DNA from: Phoronis australis
Taxonomy: Eukaryota > Animalia > Phoronida
DNA length: 64,000 nucleotides
Reading direction: 5' to 3'
Assembly: GCA_002633005.1 (NCBI GenBank)
Contig: NMRA01000065.1
Location: 921,066 to 985,065, forward strand
The position numbers and the translations under genes were made by a program. The notes under the pieces are model-generated. The model worked only from the letters and a program-made list of their open reading frames with translations. It was not told where the DNA came from and did no database searches. Each line of letters opens with the position of its first letter. Position 1 is the first letter of the stretch. This document shows, one piece after another, positions 51,001-63,695 of this stretch.

Positions 51001-54000
51001 AGAATGGCTATTTTCACCTGAAGCTTCATTTCAATGTTTCAAAAAGCTACGACATAAACTGCAGTTGAGTACCATGTGCAAACTAATTGTAAAGCAGCAT
51101 TACTTACACCACTCACTAGAATGTGTTTAGATAGACAAACAACTCTCATTATAAAAACATACCATTCTGTAGAATGTGTTTAGATAGACAAACAACTCTC
51201 CTCATAAAAACATGATACCATTCTGTAGAATGTGTTTAGATAGACAAACAACTCTCCTCATAAAAACATACCATTCTGTAGAATGTGTTTAGATAGACAA
51301 ATAACTCTCCTCATAAAAACATGATACCATTCTGTAGAATGTGTTTAGATAGACAAACAACTCTCCTCATAAAAACATGATACCATTCTGTAGAATGTGT
51401 TTAGATAGACAAACAACTCTCCTCATAAAAACATGATTCCATTCTGCCTATCACTCCTCTTTCAGCACTCTATCTTTATCTTATGCTACGTGTGTTGGTC
51501 AGAAAATAAAAACAAAATAATGCAATAAAAGGCAGTTCACATTCAAAATCAATTGTGTACAGACATCAGAAAGGCAATGAGATTTTTTAATCCAGTGGCT
51601 TTTGAAGTGAGTACAGTACACAGCAATTAATCAGTGCTTTTTTAGAATTTCATGTGACTTGCTGGAATTATGAACATACGGAAATGCAGTGCCATATTTA
51701 ATTCAAACCTTCTTTGCTAAAGAGTACGTTGAAATCGCAATTCCCAGCAGACTAATCGTCTCCGATGCATTCCGAAGAGCGTCCTTGCATTTTTCCGCAG
51801 CAATTTGCTCCCACAAATCCAAAGCTTGATCAAGATGGTCGAAGGACGAGTGCTCCATGTGAAGAGTGACACTGAGGCTCGATAGTAACGTGTCTTCGTC
51901 AGGAGTAGGTGAAGTAGACTGCTCGTTGCTGACTTCATTATTGTCAGATCGCTTTTGAGAGAAAATCAAATGTTTGACCTTAATACAGCCTCAGGACAGA
52001 CACTGTTCTCCACAAGTAATTTCCAATTTATTACGATAATTTAATACTGTTCTTTTGTACTGTAGCACGAAGAAGGGTTTACAGTAAGGATTTAATGTTA
52101 ATTTAACAAAAACATCATTCTAAAGCAAAGACCTAGATACAAATATAAGTACCTCCAAAACTGCTTTGTAGTACTCTGCCCAACAGATGTGCAGATTTAT
52201 GCCCAGTTTCTTAGTACCTTTTTAAAGTCTTACACAAAATTCATTTCACTTGTTTCAAAATTGACGAAACAATAATGCAATTTTTAAATTTCTTCTTCAA
52301 CTAAACACTTATCAGACTTTCACATTATGCTTCACAAACAGTCACTCAATTCGTTTCAATTGTATTTTTGCAGTCAATGCATACTTGCATACTAGAACTC
52401 GAATTTCCATATAAATATTCATGTTTTTCATATAGTACATGAGCCATTAAATAGTCCACCAAACAATTAGAAAAGAGACAATAATGTCTCTGTGCTATCA
52501 AAACATCACACATGAATTGCCAACCTTGTTACATTCGCCCGGTTCTTTGTTTTCACAAAAATACAACCAGAAGTGGGCACGGGCTAAGTCACTGAGTTGT
52601 GTCCCACTCCTCAAAGGAAGCGCCTTTGCTGATGCCTTGCGGTTCTTCTTAGAGCCACCAGAAGTCACCTCTGCTGTCTGTTGCTCTAACATAGTAATGG
52701 CTTCTTGACAAAACTCAGCAGCCCTGCAAACATGCAAAACACAGGCGTGTGGTCATAATGGTACATTAGAGAAACCAATAATATTTGTTTTTACAAAAAG
52801 GCTTATTTACAATCTAATCCTTACTTTTCTTTGCTCAATTACAAACTTTTATGTTGCTAAATAGAATACCAAGTTCCATGGAGGATAGCATACCTAGTAT
52901 ATGTGCTATACATACGCATGAAGAAAAAATCACAAACAAAAAACACAGAGCTTTGAATTTCACAACTTCAGACAGGCATATCCCTTGACCTTTTTACGGA
53001 TCTCCAGAATATACCCATGCGCAACCCAAACCGAGATCTATTGGGAATTGCTTGTTCACACAGGGAAGCAACGTGTATCTTCTATGTCCTTCTTACATTG
53101 CTTTCTTTCAAGCTACCAAGTATACTAGAGCTAACACACGTTCACACTCAACTACAGACGGTAACATTACAGTGAAATGTCGTCTGCTCACATCTGCCGT
53201 AGTATTGACATGTCGTCTGCTCACAGCAGTAGTTTTGATGCTGTGATGATTACAGCCAACTCATTGCCCTGACCACTTCACGTGCTATCCATCCTATTAT
53301 TAGACAAAAAATTTCAATCATGCATGCTTGGTTTGACCTACTTTTCCAGATCATCATTGTCCAACCACATCAAGGCAGCCTTCTCTGTCAGGGCATAGGC
53401 CCTGTGTTGACCTTCCAAGGTCAGAAGTTGATCTACCACTAGATGTTTGTGACTCACTGTTCTGCCTCTGTAGACACACAAGTAGAATGATGTTTGAGGA
53501 TTGAGCAACTTCAAGCCAAGTCTACCCCAATCAGAATACATCAAACATTCACCTTATCTTTGAAATATTTTCGTATTGGACATGACCGAATTAAGCTATC
53601 AATTTTGTCCCAAACTTGTTAGTTATTACTGTAACCTTTATTACAGACCAAACAAATCAGTGCTTCAAATTCCTCTTTACATCATAAATATTCAATCCAT
53701 GAAACCATGTATTTCAGATAAACACTTGATGTTCAATTGTAAAATTTCACAGACATTACTGCAACATCTGAAAGCATGAATTAGGTTTATCCGAAACCAG
53801 CAAAACTGATTTTGCATTCTTTCAGATACATAATTGTGTGTGAATCTTTGTAAAGACATTTTACATTTTTGTCAAAAAATAAGATTTCTGAATGATACCC
53901 AGACTGAAGATGTTGAGCAGTTTGAAAAATCTACAAGTTCTGTAGTGGCGTATCTTCCAGCGTGCATTTGACAGTATTCTCGATGTTGCAATTGCCTAGT

Positions 54001-57000
54001 AGACCCTTGGACCAAGCAAAATAATGGTACATAGAAAATTTGTCCCGGTGCAAAGTACACACGTGAGTAGAGTTTAACCCTAAATGGATCTTGCAGGCTA
54101 ATTCCTTATCTCTGTGATTGCTAGACCAAATTAGTTAGAAACACAACAGAAGTAGGTTGAAAATTGACAAATGTTTTTTTAAGAACGAGTTTTGTGGCGA
54201 GAATGATACATCGCATATCACCGAAACGTGTCCAGTAAGTATCGTGACGTGGTGCAGGAGAATAACACTGCATGATGCGGGTTATCTGAGCCCCCATTAG
54301 TGCAAAGGCCACCTATTTGCAGAACTTTTTGTTTTCACATTTACAAGTTGTCAATGAATATAACTGCATTTTGCTTAGAGTAGATTATGTTAAAATAGCA
54401 TTGCGTTTAGTTCCTACTGTAAATTAGCCTAGTTAGGAGCATGCAAATGCATCTTTAAATGGTGTACTACAAGTGTTCATGTTATGTAGGACAAATGAAC
54501 ATATTATCTTTACCTCTGGGCACTGAGTTCAGACATCAAAAGTTTAGCCTTGAAGTCCGTTTCCATGGTCTTGCATTCATCTTGTACAAAGTCACATAAG
54601 GTTCTAAAACATCACAAACCAAACGAAAAATATGAATACAAGAAACAATTTGTTATTTTACACACCAAGCCCAGAACAAATGTAAAATAGAGAAATTAGA
54701 CATAGTGATAGGCGACGTTCGTGCCGGACCGCAACTCCTGTGATCAGGTAGTGGATTAGGCTTTTAGGTGGCATTGGGCCATTGTTTAAATTTAATTGAC
54801 TATGACTAGTTATTCAAGCTGAATTGAAAAGATGACTGAGCGATTATTTACAAGCCGCGTTAGGCCTACACCATAAATAGACTAGCAGCCTGGTCTGCTG
54901 CTTAAGTGAGATCCGTGATTACGCTTTCGACAATTGACCACTCAGCCTTTATTCAGTTTCAATGGGCTTTGGCCAGTTGCTGTCAAGCGTAATTTGAGCC
55001 TTATTAACAATGACCACGCCTTTTTTATAAACTGGTCTCTAATTTTCAAAAAGGTCGTAGGACATTTAAACAGGACGTGCGTTCAGTCAAACAGGATGTG
55101 CGTTCAGCCAAACAGAACGCTGCAAAACGTTAAAAGCGGTCGTGGAGAACACTGCTTATGCCTTACAACGTCTTACGTCTCTTACGCCTCTATATGCGGA
55201 CAGGCATTTCATGGTAGAGACTTAGAACTCTACAGTCAATGGCCGTTTGCAAAGCCAAAAACCATTAATTAATGTTTTAATTAGACTGACATTAAATGAA
55301 ATAGATTGCAGGCTGCACTCAAGTCAGGCTAGAAATGATTTCTGAACTTGCAAGAAGCAAAAAATCGTTTTGGAGAGTGACCTGGATTAAGTAGCAACTG
55401 GCAAGGTTGCCATTTTATGCATTGAAAGCAATATCGGTCAAAATATAGTAAATGTCAAGACACAGTATGGTGGACAAGTGAAATTTTATTTCAAATTTCT
55501 ATGAATCACGTAGCACCAAATTAATGTTTAGTACCATCCTCGTGGTGACACAATGTTTTGGGAAACTGCGGGTATTCCCCGTCAATGTTAGAAGCAATTG
55601 ATTTAACTCATTTGTCCCTGATCCCGCCATATGGCGTGACTGCTTGTTTTCACTCAGGGCCTGATGCCATCTGGAGGCGTTATCTAAACAATGTATCTCA
55701 CAGGCCGATCACGCCTTCAAGAGGGATAGAAGGCAACAATTTATTGGTTTAAGTTTAAATATATCTAGGGTAATCCCAGTTTTCTATCCAATGAGGATTG
55801 AGACACCAGACTCTGTATTAACTTATTGTTTGTGAAGTTAATGCCTATTGGCTGTTATTTCTGTACTTTAGAACAATTTCTTCACATTAAGCTAATTATC
55901 AATTCAAGGAAAAACCAGGAAGCGTGTTAACTGTGTAGTTAGTGGTTGTCGTAACTTTTGAAAGATTATAGAGATGTTCTTCCAAGAAATATTGTATGTT
56001 TGTTTGATTTGAAGACTAGATTGAAGCTAATTGCTTTGAATTGGAGCCTAATTGGTATTACATAACACTGCTGTCACCACTTAATCATCTGCTAGGGTGC
56101 CACTGTTTATTTTGTTGGAACTGACCAGATTACAATTACAAAATGTCCAGTTACTGGGAACATTCTACTCTGTCACTAGCACTGTGTTCACTTGAAATAC
56201 TGTCTTCACTAGTTGGTATTACACGGATATCATCTCTGCTGCTCTCACAGTTCTTGAAGTTTTTATTATGGAGGATAGTGTGGATACTGATGACATTGGT
56301 CACATTTAAATATAGACTTCAGTGATTATGGATATGATAGTGTGGATACTGATGGCACTGAGAGGTCAGATTTAGATATAGATTTCAGTGATCTGGATTA
56401 TAATGGGGATATGCCATGCGGAAAACTTTCCTGGCATGTTTTCTGGAATTTTAAATGGATTATTTGTAAACAAACATCTTTGTTTCTGAAAAACAAAAAG
56501 TGAAACTGCTTGTTCAACCCTTTATCAGTCTTAAACTTGGATAAAATTTATAGCAGCACAAAGCTCATTTACTCAAGATGTATTGCTGAAAATTTGGTAA
56601 GCATATGTTTATTAATGACTTAGTAACAAGGTTTTAATAAGTGCAGTGCTTGTGACCTAGATCTGAGTGAAATACCCTCCGACTTCTAGGGGGTAGACAG
56701 TCCACAGCTCAGCCAGGCCACTAACCTATTTATACCATATGGCGCTCAGGGTCGAATGAGTTAATGAAAAAAGAGCAACTTTGACAAATATTTCTGTCCG
56801 AAATTGGCGAGATTTTACAGTAGTCTAAAAAAGTTATATTTGGTATACTAGGAATTATAATTAAATGCTTTCCAGTTCTGCCTAGATGCCTAGAGTTTCC
56901 ATCACTGTAACAAATTACCATCAACTTACCGGTTCTCTAAAACACTGCCGGTATCCTCACCGCCATTGTTCGTCATCGCCTCCCGTCTAAGATCGATCCA

Positions 57001-60000
57001 GCAGTCGCAAGTCACTGCAAGGTCGCATGACTCGAGCAGCAAGCTGCACACGAGACTGTGGGCAGCGGCGGGATACAGTTGAGCCGCCGCCTGAGCGTAT
57101 GCCAGGTTGACGTAGCGTTTCCACAGTTTGCACTGAAGCACACATGACGAAACATTGCAAGTGAAAATTGCAAAACAAATGAAATACTGGCAAGTTTATA
57201 CTGACAACATATTTCGATGTTACTATTACAAATGTACAAAGAGATAGAGTATAAAGTTCAGCATACCGTATTCGCCCTAATAAGTGCCCAGGGCGCTCAG
57301 AAAATTGGCTTCAGGGAGGGGGGTGCTTATTATAGCTCAGAGTGGTTGAAACCCGGTCTCCGAAACAGGTGAAATCGTAAGTTAGGATTCATCAAATTTA
57401 ACCTCTGCAACGCCTCTGTAACCTAAGACAGACTTTCTACAAAACTGAGGTGAATTGCTATCAAACTTTAATTGTTAAATTACGATCATTTTTCAGAAAA
57501 TCGTGCTGAAATCCCAGGGTGAAAACTCGCTAACTGATGCGTTGCTGCCTCACGATCACCGATATGTCAACTTGAATTCTTGAATAAAAGTATAGTTTCA
57601 ACTAAACAAATTACCTGAAGTCCTCGTTAAGTTTTCAATATAGCATCCCCAAGATTTTTAAGTTCCTGTGGAGTCGGGATCAACTGCATTCTAAGTCCAA
57701 ATCTGTGATAAATCATAATCCGCAACACGAAAAAAATCTCTGGATGAGCACACATGTTGTCACATGATGTTTGTTTTGAAGTTCGACTGCGTCTGTGAGT
57801 AAGCGAGCGCATGTCATCAGAGTTCATTTGCCAGAGTAAATGTGATGTAAACGTCTATGTGTGTATTGTAACTGAGGAAATTAACACAAGAGAACATGTT
57901 TTATTTAGCACTTGTTGATCTCATCTGCTAAACAACGTTCGAGAATTGTCTCCATGAATCGCCCGGTGACTAGTTGTGTGACAGTCTAACAGTTATTTTC
58001 CGGGAGATTCGGGAGAAGTAAGGGTGCGGAAGTGTTCATTATCAGTGGGTCACTTTGACTTTAAAAACACCAATTACGACTAATTTAATAATTCCTCCTA
58101 AAAATAACACAAACGTTTTCTACAGTATCAGAAACTTTCAGAAATAAGTGCCAATATTTATTTCTTGCCGATGTTATGCTACCGTTTCATGAATACATAG
58201 CTCCCGAAGACTTATGTCTTCAATGACAGGTATGTAACGCTTCCTGGCCACGTGCTTTTAACAAGTTTTTATTAGTCTTCGATTGGCGGTTTTCACGTCT
58301 AGTGTACTAACAAAGAAATTTGGATTCCTGTTGAGGGAGAAGATCTGTACGGGAAAGATACAATACAACCCTTTTGACAAGTACGCTGCGTCTGTTCTGA
58401 AAGGCCAGACAATGATGAGACACGTTCCTCGCAAGATCAGCTGCTTACATTGTACTCCTTTTTAAACACAGCGGATGTTTGAAGTGCATAGTCACAGCAA
58501 AAAACAGACATAGCAGTAAGGCTCGTGGTCCACAAATTCCACACACAACGATTTTTCCAGGACTGCCAGATCTTATTGATTAATTGAAGACGTTACTGTA
58601 GAATTTTAGAACAGTAGGTAAGGCATTTTTCGCATGTACACATTCATGGACTGGGCGCTTATTAGCGCAAAGTCTGAAAATGCATGGGAAGGACGCTTAT
58701 AGGGACATGGGTGCTTATTAGGGCGAATACGATTGGTGTACGATACATGTGTAAAATGTCTTGCAAATACTGGTCAAGAATCATTACATATTATGCAGAT
58801 ATGCAGCACAAAACAGTATGTCATCAAGTAATAAGCTATGATTTAGGTGTAGCCAATGTCTTTAAAGCAACAAATTATTCTGTTATGAAACGGAAATTTA
58901 GCAGCTTTTTCAAATAACGCCATCTTGTTACTGGTATCAAGTTTTCTATACCCACTAACCAAGAAGTTAAGTTGATCAACAACTTTAGGGAATTCTGAGT
59001 TCACATCTTTAATCCTCACACATTCTTTACATACAATATGACATCACAGCACACATTGTTACACGCAGCCTACATTTTCTCAACCTAATCTAATAACTTC
59101 TTACCAATCACAGTTGCCAAAGAGCAAATCCCTCAGATAATTTGGTTTCATGTAACTTCTACAATCCAACATTCGACTTGTTATTTTTATTGATATACTT
59201 TAACCCATGTCGTCGCATAACTGGTTACCCTCGTATTGTCAGAATAGTTAACTAAGAACACAGCAAATGAGTCGTTAAGAGGTGCTGTTACAATACCTAA
59301 ATAAATCATCTCCGTATGAAAAGAGTTTCTAACACTTTAACACCACAAGGTTCTCTGTTGGCTTACCTCAGCTTGTCTCTCTGGTTTTTCCTTCGTCACT
59401 GCACAGTCGCACCATGCCGCAAGTTGAGAGCACATGACCTGCAGAAAGTCAGCCGCTGCGCGGTGCTGTTTGATACCGGAGCAGAATGAACCAATCCTTG
59501 ATCCCTCGACACCTGGAAATATTTCCAGTGGGTCACAAAAATACACGTGACTATCATGTTGGATGCAACAACCACTTCTTCCCGTGAAGGCTACAAACTA
59601 CTAAGCCCAGTATACATGGCAGCTTATCCACTTGACAGCCTCGTGTGAGGTTACAGTACAATCCGAGGTGTTCTAGATGATTGTGCTAATGACTTACTTT
59701 TTTATATGCAGATCAACTCCATGTCAGACCGATGCCAATGTTACGATTGGTTAATAATACTACGACCCAATAACTGAGAAAAGACTGCAGAGCACAGTGA
59801 CGCAGTTATGCTACGCTAAAAAAGCTATTAATCAAGCAATCATGCAATTGTTTATTACATTTGGATTCAAAAACAATGCAAAAGAGAATTGTGTCATATA
59901 AAAGAACAAATTTGAAGACAAGATTTATTAAGCTGAATAAAAAGTAGCATCTTATCTGTGACTAGTGGCATAGCCTAGTTAGTAACTACGTCAAAACTGT

Positions 60001-63000
60001 AGTGGTCAAGTGGTCAAATTGTCCGATTTCACCTACCCAAGGCGTGGTGGGCTGTGGCAGACAGGAGGCCGGCAGTCACACCATAGTTCACCAGCTTGAC
60101 CTGAGACTGTATCACCGTGTGAGTGCTGGACAGGAGGCCATCCAGAGAGTGGGATTTAGCTGTGGGAAAATAAGCAGAACAGATCATGACCTCTGCTGTT
60201 AAAAGTCAGAAACAACAATATTTAGATGAAGGTTAAACTTGCCTAGTATAAAGACGATATGAACCACGCTCAGGTGTTACAAACAACAGCCTTCTTCACG
60301 GACATAATTCACTCTTCCAAAGTAACATCAACGCGTTTTTATCTTTTGTTACAACTATCGCCTGGAATTCTCGACGGGAACACTGCCTTGACCACTGAAA
60401 CTAACCCGCCGTGGCAAGCTATTCTGTACCTGGCCTGAGGTACTAATGATGCGTCAGTTCTTTTCAAGCCAGAGAAATCATTTCTAATCTGGTTAAGGAA
60501 CAGACGGGACTAATTTTATTATGTTAAGCGGCAAACAGAAAAAGTTGCTTTCCAACAGAAGGCACGATTCTCTTGTGTCCTTCTCAACATGATTAATTTA
60601 TGTGAATGATTGTGAATCTAATCACAGTAGCAACCATTGAACTCCTGTCCGTCTCGAATCTTGGGTCACGACCTTTCCAAATGCATCACCATGGTTTACC
60701 ATTCACTCTATACTACAAGTCATATTCCACCCTGGTCAAATGAGTCTGAGCGAGGGTTGCAGTAGAACCTTGTCACCTGTAGACAGCAGCCCAACACCAT
60801 ACCACAGAAGCGCTGACTCCTTGAAAAATCTGGCAGCCAACCCAGGTGATCTGATCACCATACTCACCTGAGCAACCTTTCATGCGTGCCACCAACAGCT
60901 TCAGGTAGGTGTCTCCCAACTCATACTGTAGATTGGCTGTGACTCGGCCCAGCTTGTCCAATGACCTGTCAGGATCAGAGGTCAGGTTTTCAAGCAAAAT
61001 GCTGTAATACAAAATGTGTCCATGTATCATTGAGCGACAATATTCAGAAAGCAAACATGGTTCGAAAAAATACAAGAATTTCCAAACCAGACCCACGGAC
61101 TCTCTCTGTAGGTTACGTTCGTTTGAATGGGAAACGACATCAAGTGAACTGTTTCTCAACATTCGTGACATCTGATATGTGACCACTAGTAAATGGAACC
61201 ATAGACTGTAATGGATAACAATTTAGTCTCACAGATATGATAGCAAAGCAACCCAAAAATGTAGATTACTCTGAACTTTACAACCCAAGTGACTGTGATA
61301 TAAAATACCGAAAGTAAAAAAGACAAAAATAGTACCTCTGAAGCCGAGTACAAACATTGAATGCCTTTTCCATCGCAGCAAACGAGGCGTCGCACATTTC
61401 CGCAGCCCTCGAAGAGTCGACTTTGGAGCACTTATCATACTTTAGGCTCAATACAGACACCGTGTTGCAGACACAAGACAAAACAGTACGTTCGCCAATT
61501 AAGAGTTGTGACGACTTGTCCAAGTTCACCACTGACTTCTCAATAGCTTTGATTAGCTTACTTTGGGCAGCCGAATTCCTCTGCGAACTTGTGCACAGAT
61601 TCAAAACTGCTTCGCACATGCAGAGAGCATCTTGGATCACTCCAAGAGTTTTGGTGTCCGGCTTCGACAGTTGGCTGTCAACGAACTTTCGTTCAGCAGA
61701 AAACAAATCATTGCAAGTCGAACCAGCATCGGCAAATTTCAGCTGATACTGCACATGGTTCATTGTGTTTACGACATGACTGCACACTATATCCTCCACT
61801 ACGCTCTGAGCCCTACAACGTTCCTCCATGAACATGCCAACTCGGTGAAACATCTGACAACACGAGTCGCTGATCTTTTCAACACTTTCCAATTCACTGT
61901 ATCTAGTTACAGCTGCTGAGGTTCTTTCGACAAGAACTGATGGATCGCCACGACTCACAGCCAACAGGTCTATTGCACATTCCCTTAGAGCGAGTTCGGT
62001 TAGTCGATTGGCGCCATCTTGACTAGCATTTTGCAGGTCGTAAGCTTTCTTCCACAGCAGCAAGTATCCATTGTGGGCCAGTGATGTAGACGTGGTTTCT
62101 GTAAGAACGGGTGGACTGCGAAGAGCAGTCAGTAGTCGATTGCTGATGACTAAACAGCCTCCAAGGAAATCCTATTGTTTGGACAAATACAAAAGTAAAT
62201 TAAACATCTATAAGGCATCATAGGTTTCAATTCATAATAAAACTGATCTTGAAACGAGACTTAGATGAAACTGGACTCACGACTACTATCCTTCCAATTA
62301 ATAAACTGTGTCTAGGATGCGCTACAGAAAAATCCTGCAACTACATTTCAGGCTTCTATAAGCCCTCGTTATGTCAAAGATACAAAATTTTGATTCGCCC
62401 TACTTAAAATCCGTTCCTTTTTGAGGGGAAAACTTTTGCTGGTCTTGGAAAGAACCGATGGTTGGCTATAGGTTGAGAATATGCTTTGCAACGTGGTGAC
62501 AAGCCAATATTTAGCTTGGTCTCAAGTGACAACAAACTGTCAGAGTTCTTTCCAAGGCCATAAATGACATCAATTTGAGTACAGTTGTAACAAGTTGATG
62601 TCAAATTCATAACTGTAGGTGGTCAAAATTAAAAGTTATTTCTTGATGGAAGGCGAGTTTACATAAACTTAGTCATAAAATGCTAAGCAACTCACCTCAG
62701 GATATAAATCTATTCCTTAAAATCCATCATGGTCAAAATCTGAGACAATTTTTTTGAAAGAATGAGACCGAAGGATTTGCACAAATTTTAAGTTCAAATT
62801 CTGGGTCCTATTTTGCAATACAGTTTAAAGTTCAAAAACATTTTTAAGTCTGCTCAGCACACAACCTGTGGCAGCATCTCATGACCAAATGAAAGTCTGC
62901 AACCAAAGTCTGAAAACATTTCTGCCCCAAGTGCGACTCGAACCTGGAAGCTTCGGCTAGCCATGCTGGCCCCTTAGTACACGGAGCCATTGGGACCACC

Positions 63001-63695
63001 GGTAGAATAAAATCCATATTTATCTACACGTTAAATTTGTTAACTCAAAATAATATTTCGTGAGTCATTGTGATGTTCTTGTGAGATAGTTGTCTGGCAT
63101 GAGCTGTACTGTATTAACTAAGACACTGTTCATTGCCATTTCTAATAACAAAAGGACACTTTACAAACAGGAACACCAGCTACGGTTATTCTGCACAAAA
63201 ACAACTGTCAAAATCGTCATTTTCCCATTTTAAAGGCTGATTAATGCAAGAAAATACCAAAAATTGGTTTATGACATCTACACAGTACAAACTAGCTTGT
63301 AATAGACTAAAATGTTCTTAAACTTTATTTTTGCAGAAAATTTTGACAAAATAGAATTTCACTCGTCAGCCATGTACTCAGTAGTGCTCTAAATAAGTGA
63401 AGAATTATTGTGTAAAGTGTAGTGGTGCACCTACCGCCTTGCAAAGCTTGTTGACCACATTGAGCAGAACCTTTTGCATCGTCAGAGGGTCCTTCAGCTT
63501 CACGTGACCCTTGAGTGACTCCAGAGAGAGGCAGCAGTGGTCAATTGACTCGACCAGTTCCATGTAGTCACTGGCTGCACATGTGTCGCAGGCAGCCATA
63601 CTGTCATACAAAAACTGAATGGCAAACATCCCGTAGGCTGTACGCTGTTTGTTAGACAGAGTGTCAAAGTTGTGCAGCACTGGGCCCAAGTTATC
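32856..63695 (-). CDS. ESPL1: Separase / separin (peptidase C50), multi-exon; first coding exon(s) probably beyond the window end
   Basis: 24 GT-AG exons joined by hand in consistent phase (6696 nt including TGA): 63435-63695, 61336-62171, 60868-61001, 60037-60159, 59367-59512, 56930-57132, 54514-54603, 53342-53467, 52525-52723, 51709-51951, 50726-50980, 47104-47338, 46155-46311, 43288-45392, 40520-40724, 39764-39894, 39192-39319, 38603-38713, 37755-37916, 36923-37099, 36119-36333, 34577-34660, 33342-33506, 32856-33060. Diagnostic motifs: WWSERHRYD, WLGCWKG, LPWESLP..RVPS, YILDP, YCGHGSG, LIGCSSG, GNLWDVTDKDID, GAAPVIYGLP. Confidence 0.97.
33342..33506 (-). CDS. ESPL1: Separase exon carrying the catalytic His-Cys dyad
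   Basis: Reads YCGHGSGTKFYEADKIPTLHCRGAALLIGCSSGRL; His codon 33494-33496, Cys codon 33416-33418; flanked by cag acceptor and gtatgt donor. Confidence 0.96.
36597..36759. repeat. 18-bp minisatellite (~9 copies) in a separase intron
   Basis: acagtaaacagtactaca units; source of the spurious TTTVNS/FTVVVL ORFs. Confidence 0.95.
37263..37676. mobile_element. Degenerate hAT-like MITE
   Basis: cacggttcgtaca ... tgttcgaaccatg imperfect TIRs; subterminal ttcaagg/ccaagg repeats at both ends; TSD not preserved. Confidence 0.55.
42173..42320 (+). mobile_element. Relic of a restriction-enzyme-like (REL) endonuclease non-LTR retrotransposon (HERO/NeSL-like)
   Basis: FPSKIVTMSQTSDIV / WSTTTRHVIMLEMTVSWEERI with a frameshift; resembles the RPDIV.WS....V..IELTVPWEE REL motif. 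Confidence 0.7.
43288..45392 (-). CDS. ESPL1: Separase large central exon (regulatory unstructured inserts)
   Basis: 2105-nt exon overlapping the 712-aa ORF; contains SSPMLKTK, HTARCQCEQC and the EIFR/EVMR/EVLR motifs; ttcttcag acceptor and gtaagt donor in phase with neighbouring exons. Confidence 0.93.
47836..47925. repeat. 30-bp tandem repeat x3
   Basis: ca(t/c)tctccatgaatta..agtgatat(a/c)aag units. Confidence 0.85.
48050..49991. mobile_element. Young non-autonomous hAT-type DNA transposon (1942 bp)
   Basis: Perfect 15-bp TIR cagggactcatctag / ctagatgagtccctg; perfect 8-bp TSD ccgtaagg (48042-48049 and 49992-49999); ccgtc/gacgg subterminal repeats; no transposase recognised. Confidence 0.93.
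51117..51446. repeat. ~56-bp minisatellite x6
   Basis: tagaatgtgtttagatagacaaacaactctcctcataaaaaca(tga)taccattctg units with 3-bp indel variants. Confidence 0.95.
57266..58732. mobile_element. 1.47-kb Tc1/mariner-type (CCGTA-ended) TIR element carrying a decayed passenger ORF
   Basis: TA|ccgtattcgccctaataagtgccca ... tgggtgcttattagggcgaatacga (25-bp TIR, ~3 mismatches; right-side TA eroded); subterminal ggg(c/t)gcttatt repeats. Confidence 0.82.
58276..58601 (+). pseudogene. Frameshifted HIRAN-like domain gene inside the TIR element
   Basis: Three-frame reconstruction: SSIGGFHV*..KEIWIPVEGEDLYGK / YNPFDKYAASVLKGQTMMRHVPRKISCL / LLFKHSGCLKCIVTAKNRHS..RGPQIP..IFPG..LID*LKTLL*. Matches the HIRAN-type pattern L..E..N..D..A..V......GHVP. 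Confidence 0.65.
61336..62171 (-). CDS. ESPL1: Separase N-terminal helical-repeat region exon
   Basis: 836-nt open exon (DFLGGCLV...LLWKKAYD...CTRLQ), phase 0/2, joining 63435-63695 and 60868-61001 in frame. Confidence 0.85.
62923..62996 (-). mobile_element. tRNA-derived SINE head / tRNA pseudogene
   Basis: Minus strand gtcccaatggctccgtgtactaagggg...ccaggttcgagtcgcacttggggc: A-box-like tggctccgtg, B-box ggttcgagtc, pairing ends gtcccaa/ttggggc, but broken anticodon and T stems. Confidence 0.5.

Noticed and set aside
60773-60867. Extension of the 60868-61001 exon to a donor near 60776, suggested by the ORF track
   Set aside because: That donor gives phase 2, incompatible with the next exon; the GTGAGT donor at 60862-60867 gives the required phase 1.
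62923-62996. Functional tRNA gene
   Set aside because: The anticodon and T stems do not pair properly; better explained as a SINE head or pseudogene.
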